NCBI GenBank assembly: GCA_963707635.1
Contig: OY970173.1
Coordinates: 1,344,001 to 1,408,000, forward strand
From: Candidatus Latescibacterota bacterium
GTDB lineage: Bacteria; Krumholzibacteriota; Krumholzibacteriia; WVZY01; JAKEHA01
DNA: 64,000 nt
Direction: 5' to 3'
This document shows, in pieces, positions 53,135 to 63,586 of this stretch; the first letter of the stretch is position 1; each line of letters opens with the position of its first letter. The notes under the pieces are model-generated. The model made no database searches. It was not told where the DNA came from and saw only the letters and a program-made list of their open reading frames with translations. Position numbers and translations under genes: made by a program.

Positions 53135-54378
53135 AGCTCTCCCGCAACTTCGACTGGGTGATCGTGCTGTGCGCGGCGATCCTCACCCTGGTCGGACTGT
53201 CGATCGTGTTCTCGGTCTCGCACTCGATCGGAGACGCGCACGCCGAGTGGCTGCGCGGCTCGTACTTCACGCGCCAGCTCCTGTGGGTCGGCCTCGGGCT
53301 GCTGGTCATGCTGGTCGGGTTCGCGGTTCCGTTTCGGGTCTTCGAAACTCTCGCCTACGCCGCATACGCGGCCTGCCTGACCCTGCTGGTGGTCGTGCTC
53401 CTGCTCCCCGCGAAGGGAGAAACCCAGCGGTGGTTCGTGGTGGGGCCGCTCGCGATCCAGCCGAGCGAGTTCACGAAGGTGGCGGTCCTGCTGGTGTGGG
53501 CGCGGATCCTCTCGGGGCACCGCGCGGATCCGAATCGCCCGCGCACCCTGATCCCGGTGCTGTTTCTCTTCCTGGTCCCCTTTGCGCTGGTGCTCAAGCA
53601 GCCCGACCTCGGCACCGCGATGGTGTTCGCGGGCATCCTGCTCCCGGTCCTGTTCTGGCGCGGGTTCCGCGGCCTCCACATCCTGTTCCTGCTCTCGCCG
53701 CTGGTGAGCAGCGTGTTGATCATCTACGGGGAGAACGTCACCCACAACCCGTGGCCGTTCGGGATCTTCATCGTGCTGATTCTGGTCGTCGCCTACCTGC
53801 GGCGCGCGTTCCTGGTCGAGTCCGTCTCGCTGGTGGTCGCGAACGTCGGCATCGGCCTGTTCCTGCCCGTGTTCTGGAACCACCTCAAGCCCTATCAGCA
53901 GAACCGGGTCACCAATTTTCTGGACCCGGATTCCGACAAGCTGGGCGCGGGCTGGCAGGTGATTCAGTCGAAGATCGCCATCGGGTCCGGCGGTTTCGGC
54001 GGGAAGGGATACCTCGAGGGAACGCAGAAGGCGCTCGAGTACCTGCCCGCCAAGCATACCGATTTCATCTTCTCCGTGCTGGGCGAGGAGCTCGGTTTCG
54101 TCGGCGCGCTCGCGATCCTGTTCGTGTTCGCGGTCCTGATCACGCGCGCCCTCATGGCGGCGCAGAAGATGAAGAGCGAGTTCGCGGCGACGTTGTGTGT
54201 GGGCATCGCCTCCTACTTCGCGTTCCAGGTGTTCATCAATATCGGGATGACGACCGGGATCGCGCCGGTGGCCGGGATCCCGCTTCCCTTCATCAGCTAC
54301 GGCGGGAGTTCCATGCTGGTGAGTTCCTTTTTCATCGGGCTGTTGCTCAACTGCGCGGCGCGGTGGTCGGAGTACTAA
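53131..54378 (+). CDS. rodA: SEDS glycosyltransferase RodA
   Basis: QPSEFTK, QPDLGT, IAIGSGG, HTDFIF, PLPFISYGGSS. Confidence 0.95.
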   Translation: MKLSRNFDWVIVLCAAILTLVGLSIVFSVSHSIGDAHAEWLRGSYFTRQLLWVGLGLLVMLVGFAVPFRVFETLAYAAYAACLTLLVVVLLLPAKGETQRWFVVGPLAIQPSEFTKVAVLLVWARILSGHRADPNRPRTLIPVLFLFLVPFALVLKQPDLGTAMVFAGILLPVLFWRGFRGLHILFLLSPLVSSVLIIYGENVTHNPWPFGIFIVLILVVAYLRRAFLVESVSLVVANVGIGLFLPVFWNHLKPYQQNRVTNFLDPDSDKLGAGWQVIQSKIAIGSGGFGGKGYLEGTQKALEYLPAKHTDFIFSVLGEELGFVGALAILFVFAVLITRALMAAQKMKSEFAATLCVGIASYFAFQVFINIGMTTGIAPVAGIPLPFISYGGSSMLVSSFFIGLLLNCAARWSEY

Positions 54379-54386
54379 GACGCACC

Positions 54387-54415
54387 ATGACAGGACGCGC
54401 GCGCGGCGGTATATT
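54387..54415 (+). promoter_or_regulatory. Putative lgt promoter ATGACA-N17-TATATT
   Basis: Hexamers with 17-bp spacer. Confidence 0.5.
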
Positions 54416-54461
54416 CTGACCCGTCGGCGTTGCGCCCCGACTTACCACGGAAGGACCATCG

Positions 54462-55262
54462 ATGCACCCAATCCTCATCCAGCTGGGCCGGATCCAGATC
54501 CGCTCGTACGGTTTCATGCTGGCAGTAAGTTTTCTCCTCGGCATCTGGCTCGCCGGCCGGCGCGCCAAGCGATACGGAGTCGACCCACAGAAAATTCTCG
54601 ATTTGAGCGTGGTCATCATCCTGGCGGCGGTGGTGGGATCGCGGCTCCTCTACGTCGTGTTTCACCTCGACCAGTACTCGAACCCGCTCGACATGTTCGC
54701 GCTCTGGCAGGGTGGGGCGACGTTCTATGGCGGCTTTCTGCTCGCGATGGCGGCGTCCTACTGGTGGGTCCAGCGCAACAACCTGTCCTTCCTGACGGTC
54801 GCGGACGTGATCGCCCCGTCGATGGCGCTCGGGCTCGTGTTCACGCGGGTCGGGTGCCTGCTCAGCGGCTGCTGCTTCGGCAAGCCCACGGATGGACCGC
54901 TGGGGCTGGTGTTTCCGCCGGACTCGCCCGCCGGGAGCGCGGCGGCCGCGTTTGCCGCCGAGAGAGGACTCGGCCACGTGGCGCTCCACCCCACGCAAAT
55001 CTATTCGTCGTTCAAGGGGCTGGTGATCTTCCTGGTGCTGATGGCGGCACAACGGCACATCACCCGCCGCGGAGCGCTGTTCGGACTCTTCCTCGTCCTG
55101 TACGGAATCGGCCGGTTCACAATCGACTTCTTTCGTTTCTACGAACCGAACGCGCGCATACTCGCCGGGCTGACGTTCAACCAGGTAATCAGCGTCGTGC
55201 TGATCCTGGTCGGCGCTCTGCTGCTGGCGCGCCGAGAGAAGCAGGCGCCTGCAACGGGCTGA
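54462..55262 (+). CDS. lgt: Prolipoprotein diacylglyceryl transferase
   Basis: MHPIL, SYG, GSRL, WQGG, RVGC..GCCFG, HPTQIY. Confidence 0.93.
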   Translation: MHPILIQLGRIQIRSYGFMLAVSFLLGIWLAGRRAKRYGVDPQKILDLSVVIILAAVVGSRLLYVVFHLDQYSNPLDMFALWQGGATFYGGFLLAMAASYWWVQRNNLSFLTVADVIAPSMALGLVFTRVGCLLSGCCFGKPTDGPLGLVFPPDSPAGSAAAAFAAERGLGHVALHPTQIYSSFKGLVIFLVLMAAQRHITRRGALFGLFLVLYGIGRFTIDFFRFYEPNARILAGLTFNQVISVVLILVGALLLARREKQAPATG

Positions 55263-55285
55263 CTCTGCGTGGGTGGGGTGGTGGG

Positions 55286-56044
55286 GTGGGGTGGATCGGC
55301 GAAGGGCTGGAGGCGGTCGTCGGCTTTCTGGTCGACGAGCGCTGTCACGCGTGCGGTTCACCGGCGCGCGCGCCCGATTCCGCAGGCCACGAGCCGGTCT
55401 GCCATCCGCTCACCGATTTGCTTCGCCTGCGGGTCGGGCCCTTTCAGTTTGGGACGCGATTGCTGTGCGGGCGGTGCGCGAGGCGGGTGCGGCTGTTTCG
55501 GGAGCCGCTCTTGCTGCCGGCGGTCGCGAGCGCGGCACCCGCGCTGGTCGTTTACCCCGCCTTTGCCACCGACGACACGCTGCTGCGGCTCATCCATGTG
55601 ATGAAGTTCGGCCGGCGGGAGCGGCTGGCCTCGTGGCTCGCCCGCGCAATCTCGAACGGGTTGCCGCGCCGCGCCCTGGACGAGCTGCCCGCGCCGGCCG
55701 TGCTGGTGCCGGTTCCCATGGATCCGCGCTCGCGGCGGCGTCGAGGCTTCAATCAGGCGGAGCGAATCGCGGTCGAGCTCGCGCGCGCGTGGGACGTGCC
55801 GGTCGCGACACGCGCCCTCGCCAAGACCCGCCATACGCTCGCGCAGTCGTCGCTGGGCCGGACCGATCGCGCGCACAATCTCGCTTGCGCGATGGTTCCC
55901 GGGCGTGAACCCGTGGTGGGCAGGTCCACCGTCCTCGTGGATGACCTCGTCACGACCGGCGCCACGGCGGCCGCGTGCGCGGCCGTCCTGCGACTCGCAG
56001 GCGCGGTCTCGGTGCGCGTGGTGTGCGTCGGCTACCGGCCCTGA
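55286..56044 (+). CDS. comF: ComF family (Zn ribbon + phosphoribosyltransferase) protein; start uncertain
   Basis: CHAC/CGRC, VPVP, RGFNQA, LVDDLVTTGATA. Confidence 0.8.
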   Translation: MGWIGEGLEAVVGFLVDERCHACGSPARAPDSAGHEPVCHPLTDLLRLRVGPFQFGTRLLCGRCARRVRLFREPLLLPAVASAAPALVVYPAFATDDTLLRLIHVMKFGRRERLASWLARAISNGLPRRALDELPAPAVLVPVPMDPRSRRRRGFNQAERIAVELARAWDVPVATRALAKTRHTLAQSSLGRTDRAHNLACAMVPGREPVVGRSTVLVDDLVTTGATAAACAAVLRLAGAVSVRVVCVGYRP

Positions 56045-56075
56045 ACCACGCCGAACCAACGACGCTTCTGCAATC

Positions 56076-56105
56076 TTGACAAGGACTTCCATCGAAAGCT
56101 ATTAT
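56076..56105 (+). promoter_or_regulatory. Putative gap operon promoter TTGACA-N18-TATTAT
   Basis: Near-consensus hexamers. Confidence 0.6.
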
Positions 56106-56309
56106 CAATTAGGCGGGCGGGAACGATCTCCCGGGCCACGGGATTGCCAGTGTCGATCGTTTCGTCGTAAGGTCGTGGTCTTCCCGGGTGAGCGGTACGC
56201 GACAGCCGGTTCGGTTTCTACTGACGATCAAGCACATGGTGCCCTCGCCGCGTTGGAAGACGTGCGGCCGCGAACGTGGTGAACGAGTGAGGGTGAAGGA
56301 GGGTCTCGA

Positions 56310-57308
56310 ATGGCGATCACGGTCGCGATCAACGGATTCGGGCGCATCGGTCGCCTGGTCTACCGCCATGCGTTCAACGACGCGCGTTTCCACATCGTGG
56401 CGGTGAATGACATCACCAGCCCCGACATACTCGCGCATCTGCTCAAGTACGACTCGGTGCACGGGCGCTTCCCGGGCAAGGTCGTCGCCACCAAGACCGG
56501 CATCGAGGTCGACGGCAAAGCGCTCGACGTGATCGCGGAGAAGGACCCCACCAAACTCCCGTGGAAAGAACGCGGCGTCGATGTCGTGGTCGAATCGACC
56601 GGGTTGTTCACCAAGCGCGACGACGCGGCGAAGCACCTGCAGGCAGGGGCGAAGCGCGTGCTCATCTCGGCGCCAGCCACCGACCCGGACATCACCATCG
56701 TGATGGGGGTCAACGACAAGCAGTTCGACCCCGAGACCCATCGGATCGTGTCCACCGCGTCGTGCACGACGAACTGCCTGGCGCCGGTGGCCAAGGTGAT
56801 CCACGATGCCTTCGGCATCAAGCACGGAATCATGACGACGATCCACGCGTATACCAACGACCAGGTCATGCTCGACCAGCCGCACAAGGACCTGCGCCGG
56901 GCGCGGGCGGCGGCGGTTTCGATGATCCCGACCACCACCGGCGCGGCGCGCGCGGTGACGACGGTCCTGCCCGAGCTCAAGGGCAAACTCGACGGCATGG
57001 CGGTCCGGGTGCCAACCGTGGACGGTTCGCTGGTGGACCTGACGTTCGAAACGGAGAAACCAGCGTCGGTCCCCGCGATCAACCGGGCGATGCTGGAGGC
57101 GTCGAAGGCGGCGATGAAGGACATCATCGAATATACCGAGGACCCGATCGTCTCGGTCGACGTGATCGGCAACCCGCACTCCGCGGTGTTCGACGCGCTT
57201 TCGACCATGGCGATCGGGGACCGCTTCTTCAAGGTGCTCGCGTGGTACGACAACGAATACGGCTACTCGGGCCGTATGGTGGACATGCTTCGTCTCATCG
57301 GGAGATGA
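56310..57308 (+). CDS. gap: Glyceraldehyde-3-phosphate dehydrogenase, type I
   Basis: INGFGRIGR, ASCTTNC, WYDNEYGY. Confidence 0.98.
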   Translation: MAITVAINGFGRIGRLVYRHAFNDARFHIVAVNDITSPDILAHLLKYDSVHGRFPGKVVATKTGIEVDGKALDVIAEKDPTKLPWKERGVDVVVESTGLFTKRDDAAKHLQAGAKRVLISAPATDPDITIVMGVNDKQFDPETHRIVSTASCTTNCLAPVAKVIHDAFGIKHGIMTTIHAYTNDQVMLDQPHKDLRRARAAAVSMIPTTTGAARAVTTVLPELKGKLDGMAVRVPTVDGSLVDLTFETEKPASVPAINRAMLEASKAAMKDIIEYTEDPIVSVDVIGNPHSAVFDALSTMAIGDRFFKVLAWYDNEYGYSGRMVDMLRLIGR

Positions 57309-57321
57309 GGGTGAGTAAGGA

Positions 57322-58533
57322 ATGAAGAAACTTTCGATTCGTGACTGCGACGTCAAGGGCAAGCGCGTGCTCGCGCGCGTGGACTTCAACGTCCCGCTGG
57401 ACAGCGACCGGAGCATCACCGACGACACACGCATCGTGGAATCGCTCCCGACCATCCGCGACGTGGTGGATCGCGGCGGGCGTCTGATCCTGATGAGCCA
57501 CCTGGGGAGGCCGCGGCACGGCCGCGACCCCGAGCTGAGCCTGGCGCCGGTGGCGCACCGGCTCGCGGAGCTGGTGAAGAATCCGCTGCGGTTCGCCGGC
57601 GATTGCGTGGGCGAGGATGTGCAGCAGAAGGTGGCGGGGTTGCGGGACGGCGAGATCCTGCTGCTGGAGAACCTGCGCTTCCACCCGGGCGAAGAGGCGA
57701 ACGACCCCGCGTTCGCCAGGGAGCTGGCGGCGCTGGCGGACGTCTACGTCAACGACGCGTTCGGAACCGCGCACCGGGCGCACGCCTCGACGGCCGGCGT
57801 GGCCGACTACATCCCGGTGCGGGCGGCCGGGCTCCTGATGGAAAAGGAGCTCCGGGCGCTGGGGCAGGCGCTGAGCGACCCGACGCGGCCGTTTCTGGCC
57901 GTGCTCGGCGGCGCCAAGATCTCGGGCAAGATCGACCTGATCAAGTCGTTGCTCGACCGCGTCGACGTGCTGCTCGTCGGCGGCGGGATGATGTACACCT
58001 TCTTCAAGGCGTCGGGGCTCGAGATCGGCCGGAGCATCGTCGACGAGAAGCACCTGCCGATGTGCAAGGAATTGCTCGCGCAGCGCAAGCCGGGGCGTTC
58101 GCGCCTGCTGCTGCCGGTCGATACCATCGTGGCCCAGGAGATCAATGACGACGCGCCCGCGCGCGAGGTTTCCATCGCGGACATACCGGAGGACTGGATC
58201 GGCGTCGACATCGGGCCGAAGACCGTCGACCTCTTCAAGGCGCAGATCGCGGGTGCCAGGACCATTTTCTGGAACGGACCGATGGGGGTTTTCGAGAAGC
58301 CGTCCTTCGCGGAGGGCACCAAGGCGGTGGCCCGCGCCATCGCCGACGCGACCGATCGCGGTGCGACTACCATCGTGGGCGGGGGCGACAGCCTCGCCGC
58401 GATCAATTTGATGGGCATCGCCGGCCGGTTCACGCACATTTCAACCGGCGGCGGCGCGTCGCTCGAGTTCATGGAAGGGCGGTCGCTCCCGGGCGTCGAG
58501 GCGTTGTGCGACGTCGCCGAAGTAGCGGGATAA
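57322..58533 (+). CDS. pgk: Phosphoglycerate kinase
   Basis: RVDFNVP, SHLGRP, LLENLRF, WNGPMG, STGGGASLE. Confidence 0.98.
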   Translation: MKKLSIRDCDVKGKRVLARVDFNVPLDSDRSITDDTRIVESLPTIRDVVDRGGRLILMSHLGRPRHGRDPELSLAPVAHRLAELVKNPLRFAGDCVGEDVQQKVAGLRDGEILLLENLRFHPGEEANDPAFARELAALADVYVNDAFGTAHRAHASTAGVADYIPVRAAGLLMEKELRALGQALSDPTRPFLAVLGGAKISGKIDLIKSLLDRVDVLLVGGGMMYTFFKASGLEIGRSIVDEKHLPMCKELLAQRKPGRSRLLLPVDTIVAQEINDDAPAREVSIADIPEDWIGVDIGPKTVDLFKAQIAGARTIFWNGPMGVFEKPSFAEGTKAVARAIADATDRGATTIVGGGDSLAAINLMGIAGRFTHISTGGGASLEFMEGRSLPGVEALCDVAEVAG

Positions 58534-58546
58534 CGGCGCGCCCGAC

Positions 58547-59305
58547 ATGCCGCGCCGCAAGCTCATCGCCGCCAACTGGAAGATGAACAAGACCATCTCC
58601 GAGGCGACGGCGTTCGCCGCGCAGATGCGACCCGCTCTCGCTGCACTTTCCGCCTGTGACCTCGTGGTCTTTCCCGCTTTTCCCGGTCTGCGCGCGGTCG
58701 CGGTCGCACTCGCCGGCACCGCGGTCGGTGTCGGCGCCCAGGACCTCTTCTGGGAGACGGGCGGCGCGTACACCGGCGAGGTCTCGGCCGCGATGCTCAC
58801 CGACGCTGGCGCGGAGTGGGTGCTCGTCGGCCATTCAGAGCGCCGGCACGTGGTCGGGGAATCGAACGAGGTGGTGGCGCGCAAGTTGGCCGCCGCGCTC
58901 GCCGGCGGGTTGAAGCCGATTCTATGCGTGGGGGAGACCCTCGCCGAGCGCGATGCGGGCAGTCAGGTTCGGGTGGTCGAGGCGCAGCTCACTTCCGCCT
59001 TCGCCGGGCGCAGCGCGGGCGAAGCGGCGCGGACCGTGCTCGCGTACGAGCCGGTGTGGGCGATCGGCACCGGCCGCATGGCGACGCCGGCGGACGCCGA
59101 GCAGATGCACCGCGCCATCCGGGGGTGGCTCGGGAGCCGATTCGGCCCGGACGTGGCCGCGCGCGCGCGCATCCAGTACGGTGGCAGCGTCAAGCCGGAG
59201 AGCGCCCGGAGCCTGCTGGAACGGGACGAGATCGACGGCCTCCTGGTCGGCGGCGCCAGCCTGGACGCGAGTTCGTTCCTCGCGATCGCCCGCGCCGCAC
59301 ACTGA
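58547..59305 (+). CDS. tpiA: Triosephosphate isomerase
   Basis: ANWKM, GHSERR, AYEPVWAIGTG, YGGSV, LVGGASL. Confidence 0.98.
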   Translation: MPRRKLIAANWKMNKTISEATAFAAQMRPALAALSACDLVVFPAFPGLRAVAVALAGTAVGVGAQDLFWETGGAYTGEVSAAMLTDAGAEWVLVGHSERRHVVGESNEVVARKLAAALAGGLKPILCVGETLAERDAGSQVRVVEAQLTSAFAGRSAGEAARTVLAYEPVWAIGTGRMATPADAEQMHRAIRGWLGSRFGPDVAARARIQYGGSVKPESARSLLERDEIDGLLVGGASLDASSFLAIARAAH

Positions 59306-59338
59306 ACGCCGGCGCCCGGCCCCCTTTCGGTCCGCGGG

Positions 59339-59367
59339 TTGACTTTCCGACCCTTGTTTGCTAGGCT
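59339..59367 (+). promoter_or_regulatory. Putative secG/tRNA promoter TTGACT-N17-TAGGCT
   Basis: Hexamers with 17-bp spacer and TG extension. Confidence 0.5.
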
Positions 59368-59438
59368 CGCTCGCCGCGGTGTGAACGCCGCGCGCGGATT
59401 TCGGCGGGGTTCGTCCCCGGAAGGCAGGGTTTCTCTCC

Positions 59439-59816
59439 ATGTTGTTCAACCTGTTGATTGGTTTGCACGTGCTGGTGTGCTTCGTGCTGATCCTGACCGT
59501 GCTCCTGCAGTCGAGCAAGGGCGGCGGGCTGGCCGGCGCGTTCGGGACGGGCGGGCAAACCATGTTCGGGGGTCAGGAAACGGCGACGTTTTTGAGCCGC
59601 CTCACTACGTACCTGGCCGTGACCTTCATGGTCCTCTCGCTGTTGCTGGCGTTTCTCTCGGCGCGGCGAACGGCGCCCGGCAGCCACAGCGTCGTGCGCC
59701 AGGCCGCGCAGCAGCAGCAGAGCACGATTCCGGAGGGTCAGAGCATCGACGAACTCTTGAACGCCGGGGACACGACGCGCGCCGCCGGCACCGACACATC
59801 GCGTACCCGCCCATAG
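59439..59816 (+). CDS. secG: Preprotein translocase subunit SecG
   Basis: VLLQSSKGGGLAGAFG, FLSRLT; tpiA-secG-tRNA-Leu synteny. Confidence 0.93.
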   Translation: MLFNLLIGLHVLVCFVLILTVLLQSSKGGGLAGAFGTGGQTMFGGQETATFLSRLTTYLAVTFMVLSLLLAFLSARRTAPGSHSVVRQAAQQQQSTIPEGQSIDELLNAGDTTRAAGTDTSRTRP

Positions 59817-59822
59817 AACGCG

Positions 59823-59909
59823 GCCCAGGTGGTGGAACTGGCAGACACGCTATCTTGAGGGGGTAGTAGACGAAAGTCTGTGCGGGTTCGAGTCCCGCCC
59901 TGGGCACCA
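59823..59909 (+). tRNA. tRNA-Leu(GAG)
   Basis: GCCCAGG/CCTGGGC acceptor stem plus ACCA; anticodon loop TTGAGGG; long variable arm; GGTTCGAGTCC T-arm. Confidence 0.97.
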
Positions 59910-59963
59910 TGTCATTGACTCGCCGCCGCGCTCTGGAATCGACTGGACACGGCGGGGTACTAG

Positions 59964-59995
59964 AAAACGGGACGCACGGCGTCCCGTTTTGTTTT
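59964..59995 (+). terminator. Rho-independent terminator
   Basis: Stem AAAACGGGACGC/GCGTCCCGTTTT followed by GTTTT. Confidence 0.75.
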
Positions 59996-60035
59996 GACGC
60001 GTGAGGCGCCGGCCTCGCGGAAGGAGGAACAGGAA

Positions 60036-61475
60036 ATGGGAAAGACGGGACTCAAGGCGAGCGCCGCCGCGGCGGCCGTGGCTGGCATGCTGGGCGCTTT
60101 TGCCGTGCCGGGACTGGCCGCGGACGCGCGCAGCACCGCCGCCGACCGCAAGTCGGTGGGCATCACCATCTACAACGACAACCTGGGCCTGGTGAAGGAA
60201 GTCCGGTCGGTGCAGCTGGCGACCGGAATACAAAATCTCTGGTTCGAGGGGGTGGCCGCACAGGTCGACCCCACCTCGGTTCACATCCGGTCCGTGGACG
60301 CCCCGAACGCGCTGCACGTGCTCGAACAGAACTTCGAGTACGACCTCATTTCGCCCGAGCGTCTCATGGAAAAGTACCTCGGGCAGCAGGTCGAGCTCGT
60401 CATGCGCAAGGGCGAGAACGAGGAAGAGACGATTCGCGCCCGTCTGATCGGCACGTCGGGGGGCAACGTCTACGAGCTGGAAAACGGCAAGATCGCGGTC
60501 AACCCGCCGGGGCGGGTCGTGCTGCCGGCGCTTCCCTCCGGGTTGATTTCGAAACCGTCGCTGGTGTGGATGCTCGAGAGCAACCGGACCAAGCACACGG
60601 TCGAGGCGAGCTATCTGACCGCGGGCATGGGGTGGAAAGCCGACTACGTCGCCGTGCTGGCGGCGGACGATTCGAAGCTCGACCTCTCGGGATGGGTCAC
60701 GATCGACAACCGCAGCGGGGCGACCTATGACAACGCGTCGCTCAAGCTGGTGGCGGGCGACGTCAACCGGGTCCGGCCGGAACGGCAGCAAATGCTGGCG
60801 ATGGATGACATGCAGGCCGGCATGGCGCGCACCAAGGAGCAGTTCCGGGAGGAAGCGTTCTTCGAGTATCACCTCTATACCCTCGAGCGCCCGGCCACGC
60901 TCAAGGACAACCAGACCAAGCAGATCTCCCTCCTGTCGGCCGAGGGCGCGAAGGCGAAGAAGTCGTTCGTCGTCTCGCCGCTGGCGAATTTCTGGTGGTT
61001 TTCCCGCATCGATGCCTCCGAGAAGCCCAAAGTGGGAGTGTACATCTCGCTGGAGAACTCGAAGTCGAACGGGATGGGAATGCCGCTGCCGAAGGGGACT
61101 GTTCGCGTCTACAAAAAAGACTCCAAGGGCGATCTCCAGTTCGTCGGCGAGGACAGCATCGACCACACCCCCGAGGACGAGACCGTCCGCGTCAAGATGG
61201 GCGACGCCTTCGACATCGTGGCGGAACGGGTACAGACGAGTTTCGAAGTGCTCTCGAGCGGACACCTCTACCGGTCGGCGTACAAGGTGACGATTCGCAA
61301 CCACAAGGCGGAGGGCTTGACCGTGTCGGTGGTCGAGCTCCTGACCGGCGACTGGGCGATCACCCAATCCTCGCACAAGTACGAAAAGGAGGCCTCGCAC
61401 CGGGTGCGCTTCGACGTCCCGGTGGCGTCGAAGGGCGCGGCCGAGCTGACCTATACGGCGGAGATTCGCTACTAG
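60036..61475 (+). CDS. DUF4139/DUF4140-like secreted protein
   Basis: AAGGAGG RBS and signal peptide. ITIYN, EQNFEYDL, WKADY, LVAGDV, EYHLY, LGMPLP-like, GEDSIDHTP. Confidence 0.8.
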   Translation: MGKTGLKASAAAAAVAGMLGAFAVPGLAADARSTAADRKSVGITIYNDNLGLVKEVRSVQLATGIQNLWFEGVAAQVDPTSVHIRSVDAPNALHVLEQNFEYDLISPERLMEKYLGQQVELVMRKGENEEETIRARLIGTSGGNVYELENGKIAVNPPGRVVLPALPSGLISKPSLVWMLESNRTKHTVEASYLTAGMGWKADYVAVLAADDSKLDLSGWVTIDNRSGATYDNASLKLVAGDVNRVRPERQQMLAMDDMQAGMARTKEQFREEAFFEYHLYTLERPATLKDNQTKQISLLSAEGAKAKKSFVVSPLANFWWFSRIDASEKPKVGVYISLENSKSNGMGMPLPKGTVRVYKKDSKGDLQFVGEDSIDHTPEDETVRVKMGDAFDIVAERVQTSFEVLSSGHLYRSAYKVTIRNHKAEGLTVSVVELLTGDWAITQSSHKYEKEASHRVRFDVPVASKGAAELTYTAEIRY

Positions 61476-61586
61476 CGACCGGCCGGGAGAGTGCCCGGCG
61501 GGCGGCCCCGATGTGCGCCACATAGGTGTTTACACCGTCCCGGCGTCGTATTAGGATTCGCCGCGATTCGAATCGAGGGGGACGCC

Positions 61587-62084
61587 GTGGGCACCACAGA
61601 TCAGACCATCGCCATGAATCCGGGCACGATCACGATCGTGCTGGCCGCAGTGGGTATCCTCGGAATTCTGATTGGCGTGTTCGCGCTCGTGCGCGTGCGA
61701 TCGATCAGCCGGCGTTTTTCGTGGGTGACGGGGGGCGACGGGGCCGGGGTCGACACGCTGCCGGCGCTGTTGCGCGCGGTGCAGACCACCCAGAAAGACA
61801 TCGCCGCGCTGGAGAGCGCGTTCGCGGCGGCCTCGATCGAAGCCCGCACGCATTTCAAGCGCATGGGGATCGTGCGCTACAACGCCTTCGACGGCGTCGC
61901 CGGCCAGCAGAGCTACTCGCTGTGTCTCCTGGACGAGAATCGAAACGGCATTCTCATTTCGAACATCGTCGGGACGAATTCCAGCCGCAGCTACGCGGTG
62001 GAGGTCAAGGCCGGCGAAGTCGCCCGCCCGCTGGGGGACGAAGAGTCGCAGGCGCTGGCCGCAGCGACGAAGAACGGGAACTAA
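61587..62084 (+). CDS. DUF4446-like membrane-anchored protein (start uncertain)
   Basis: N-terminal TM; GIVRYNAFDGVAGQQSYSLCLLDE...G motif. Confidence 0.7.
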   Translation: MGTTDQTIAMNPGTITIVLAAVGILGILIGVFALVRVRSISRRFSWVTGGDGAGVDTLPALLRAVQTTQKDIAALESAFAAASIEARTHFKRMGIVRYNAFDGVAGQQSYSLCLLDENRNGILISNIVGTNSSRSYAVEVKAGEVARPLGDEESQALAAATKNGN

Positions 62085-62088
62085 CCGG

Positions 62089-62886
62089 CTATTCGGATTG
62101 GTTCCGCTGCTGCTTGCTGTAGTTGTCGAGGATCCGTTTTTCGGTGGGTGTGAGCTTCTCGTATCCCTTCGCCGAAATCTTGTCGAGGATGGAATCGATG
62201 TTGTCGGTGCGGCCGTCCTCATCCCTCCGCCGCCGGTCCGCCACGTAGGATTTCCACTGCCGCCGGGGGCCGGCGTTGAAACGCACCCGCCGGGCGATGT
62301 CGCGCCGGAAGAACCACAGCCCCGCCAGCATGCCGCCCATGTGCGCAAAGTATGCGACGCCGGCCGGCCCCGCGATGCCATTGGCGAGCTGCAGGACGGC
62401 GAGTCCGATCACGAAGTACTTCACCTTCACCGGCACGAGGAAGTACAGGTAGACGTAGCTGTCGGGGAAGAGCATGGCTGCCGCGAGGTACAGCCCGAAG
62501 ATCGCTCCGCTCGCGCCGATCACGCTCGCGTTGTACTGCAGGAGCATGTGCAGGATGGCGCCGCCGACCCCGCAGGTGAGGTAGTACACGACGAAGCGGC
62601 GCGCCCCCCAGACGGACTCCACCATGTTGCCCATGAAGTAGAGGACGATCAGGTTGAAGAACAGGTGCCAGAATCCGCCATGCAGGAACATGTACGTGAC
62701 TACCTGCCACACGTACAGGTGCTCGACGGCCAGTCGCGGAGTGAGCGCCAGCCACGCGTTGATCGCCGGTACCAGGTTTTGCAGGAAGAAGACGGCAACG
62801 GTTATGACGATGATGCGGCCCACGGCCGTCCCGAAAAACGGGTGGCCCGAGAAGCGCTGAGGCGGGCGGTGCGAAAAGGTGTTCAT
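62089..62886 (-). CDS. Rhomboid intramembrane serine protease with short C-terminal helical domain
   Basis: [27 protein letters not shown]-terminal [17 protein letters not shown]. Confidence 0.92.
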   Translation of the reverse strand: MNTFSHRPPQRFSGHPFFGTAVGRIIVITVAVFFLQNLVPAINAWLALTPRLAVEHLYVWQVVTYMFLHGGFWHLFFNLIVLYFMGNMVESVWGARRFVVYYLTCGVGGAILHMLLQYNASVIGASGAIFGLYLAAAMLFPDSYVYLYFLVPVKVKYFVIGLAVLQLANGIAGPAGVAYFAHMGGMLAGLWFFRRDIARRVRFNAGPRRQWKSYVADRRRRDEDGRTDNIDSILDKISAKGYEKLTPTEKRILDNYSKQQRNQSE

Positions 62887-63023
62887 GATCCGGGCCGGGG
62901 TTGCCCGCATCCAACATACACACTCCGCGGCGCTTCCGGCAAGGGCGGCGCGCTGTAAGGCCGGCAGGCGCCGGCCCGTCCAACGGGCAGGCGGAACGAG
63001 GCTCTCGGACGGCGAATCGATGC

Positions 63024-63052
63024 TTTACAGGCCACGGGGCTGGTTGCATAAT
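63024..63052 (+). promoter_or_regulatory. Putative trxA promoter TTTACA-N17-CATAAT
   Basis: Hexamers with 17-bp spacer. Confidence 0.5.
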
Positions 63053-63133
63053 TCGGTGCCCGAACGGGTGCGCAGGGGGAGCGCTGCCCTCCTCTGTGCA
63101 GCCATCGAAAAAAAACATCATCAGGAGGAACGG

Positions 63134-63463
63134 ATGTCCAGGGAATTTGAGTTCACCGACGCCAACTTCGACCAGGAAGTCCTCAAGTCCGACACGCCGG
63201 TGCTTGTCGACTTCTGGGCCCCGTGGTGCGGACCGTGCCGAATGGTCGCGCCCATCGTGGCGGAGATCTCGAACGAATACGCCGGAAAACTCAAGGTGGG
63301 TAAGGTCAACACGGACGACAATCAAGAAGTGGCGGTGCGCTACGGCATCATGAGTATTCCGACCCTCATGATCTTCAAGGGCGGTGAGGTTGCGGAGCGG
63401 GTCGTCGGTACACTGCCGAAGCAGGCCCTGACCGGGAAGATCGACGCGGTGCTGGCCGGCTGA
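63134..63463 (+). CDS. trxA: Thioredoxin
   Basis: [23 protein letters not shown]. Confidence 0.97.
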   Translation: MSREFEFTDANFDQEVLKSDTPVLVDFWAPWCGPCRMVAPIVAEISNEYAGKLKVGKVNTDDNQEVAVRYGIMSIPTLMIFKGGEVAERVVGTLPKQALTGKIDAVLAG

Positions 63464-63586
63464 ACGACGCGCAGCGTCGCGCGGCATGGGGAGGCCGGCC
63501 CGGCGGGCCGGCCTTCGTGTTTGTGGGTGATAAGGCGGCGCCGGAGGTCGGATGGGCGGCTTGGATCTTGCATCCACGCTCGTTGT

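Noticed and set aside
59823..61475. Genomic island integrated at tRNA-Leu
   Set aside because: No integrase, no duplicated tRNA 3' end and no evident composition shift downstream.
63490..63522. Terminator after trxA
   Set aside because: A GC stem is present but the U-tract is weak (TTCGTGTTT), so it was not listed as a feature.
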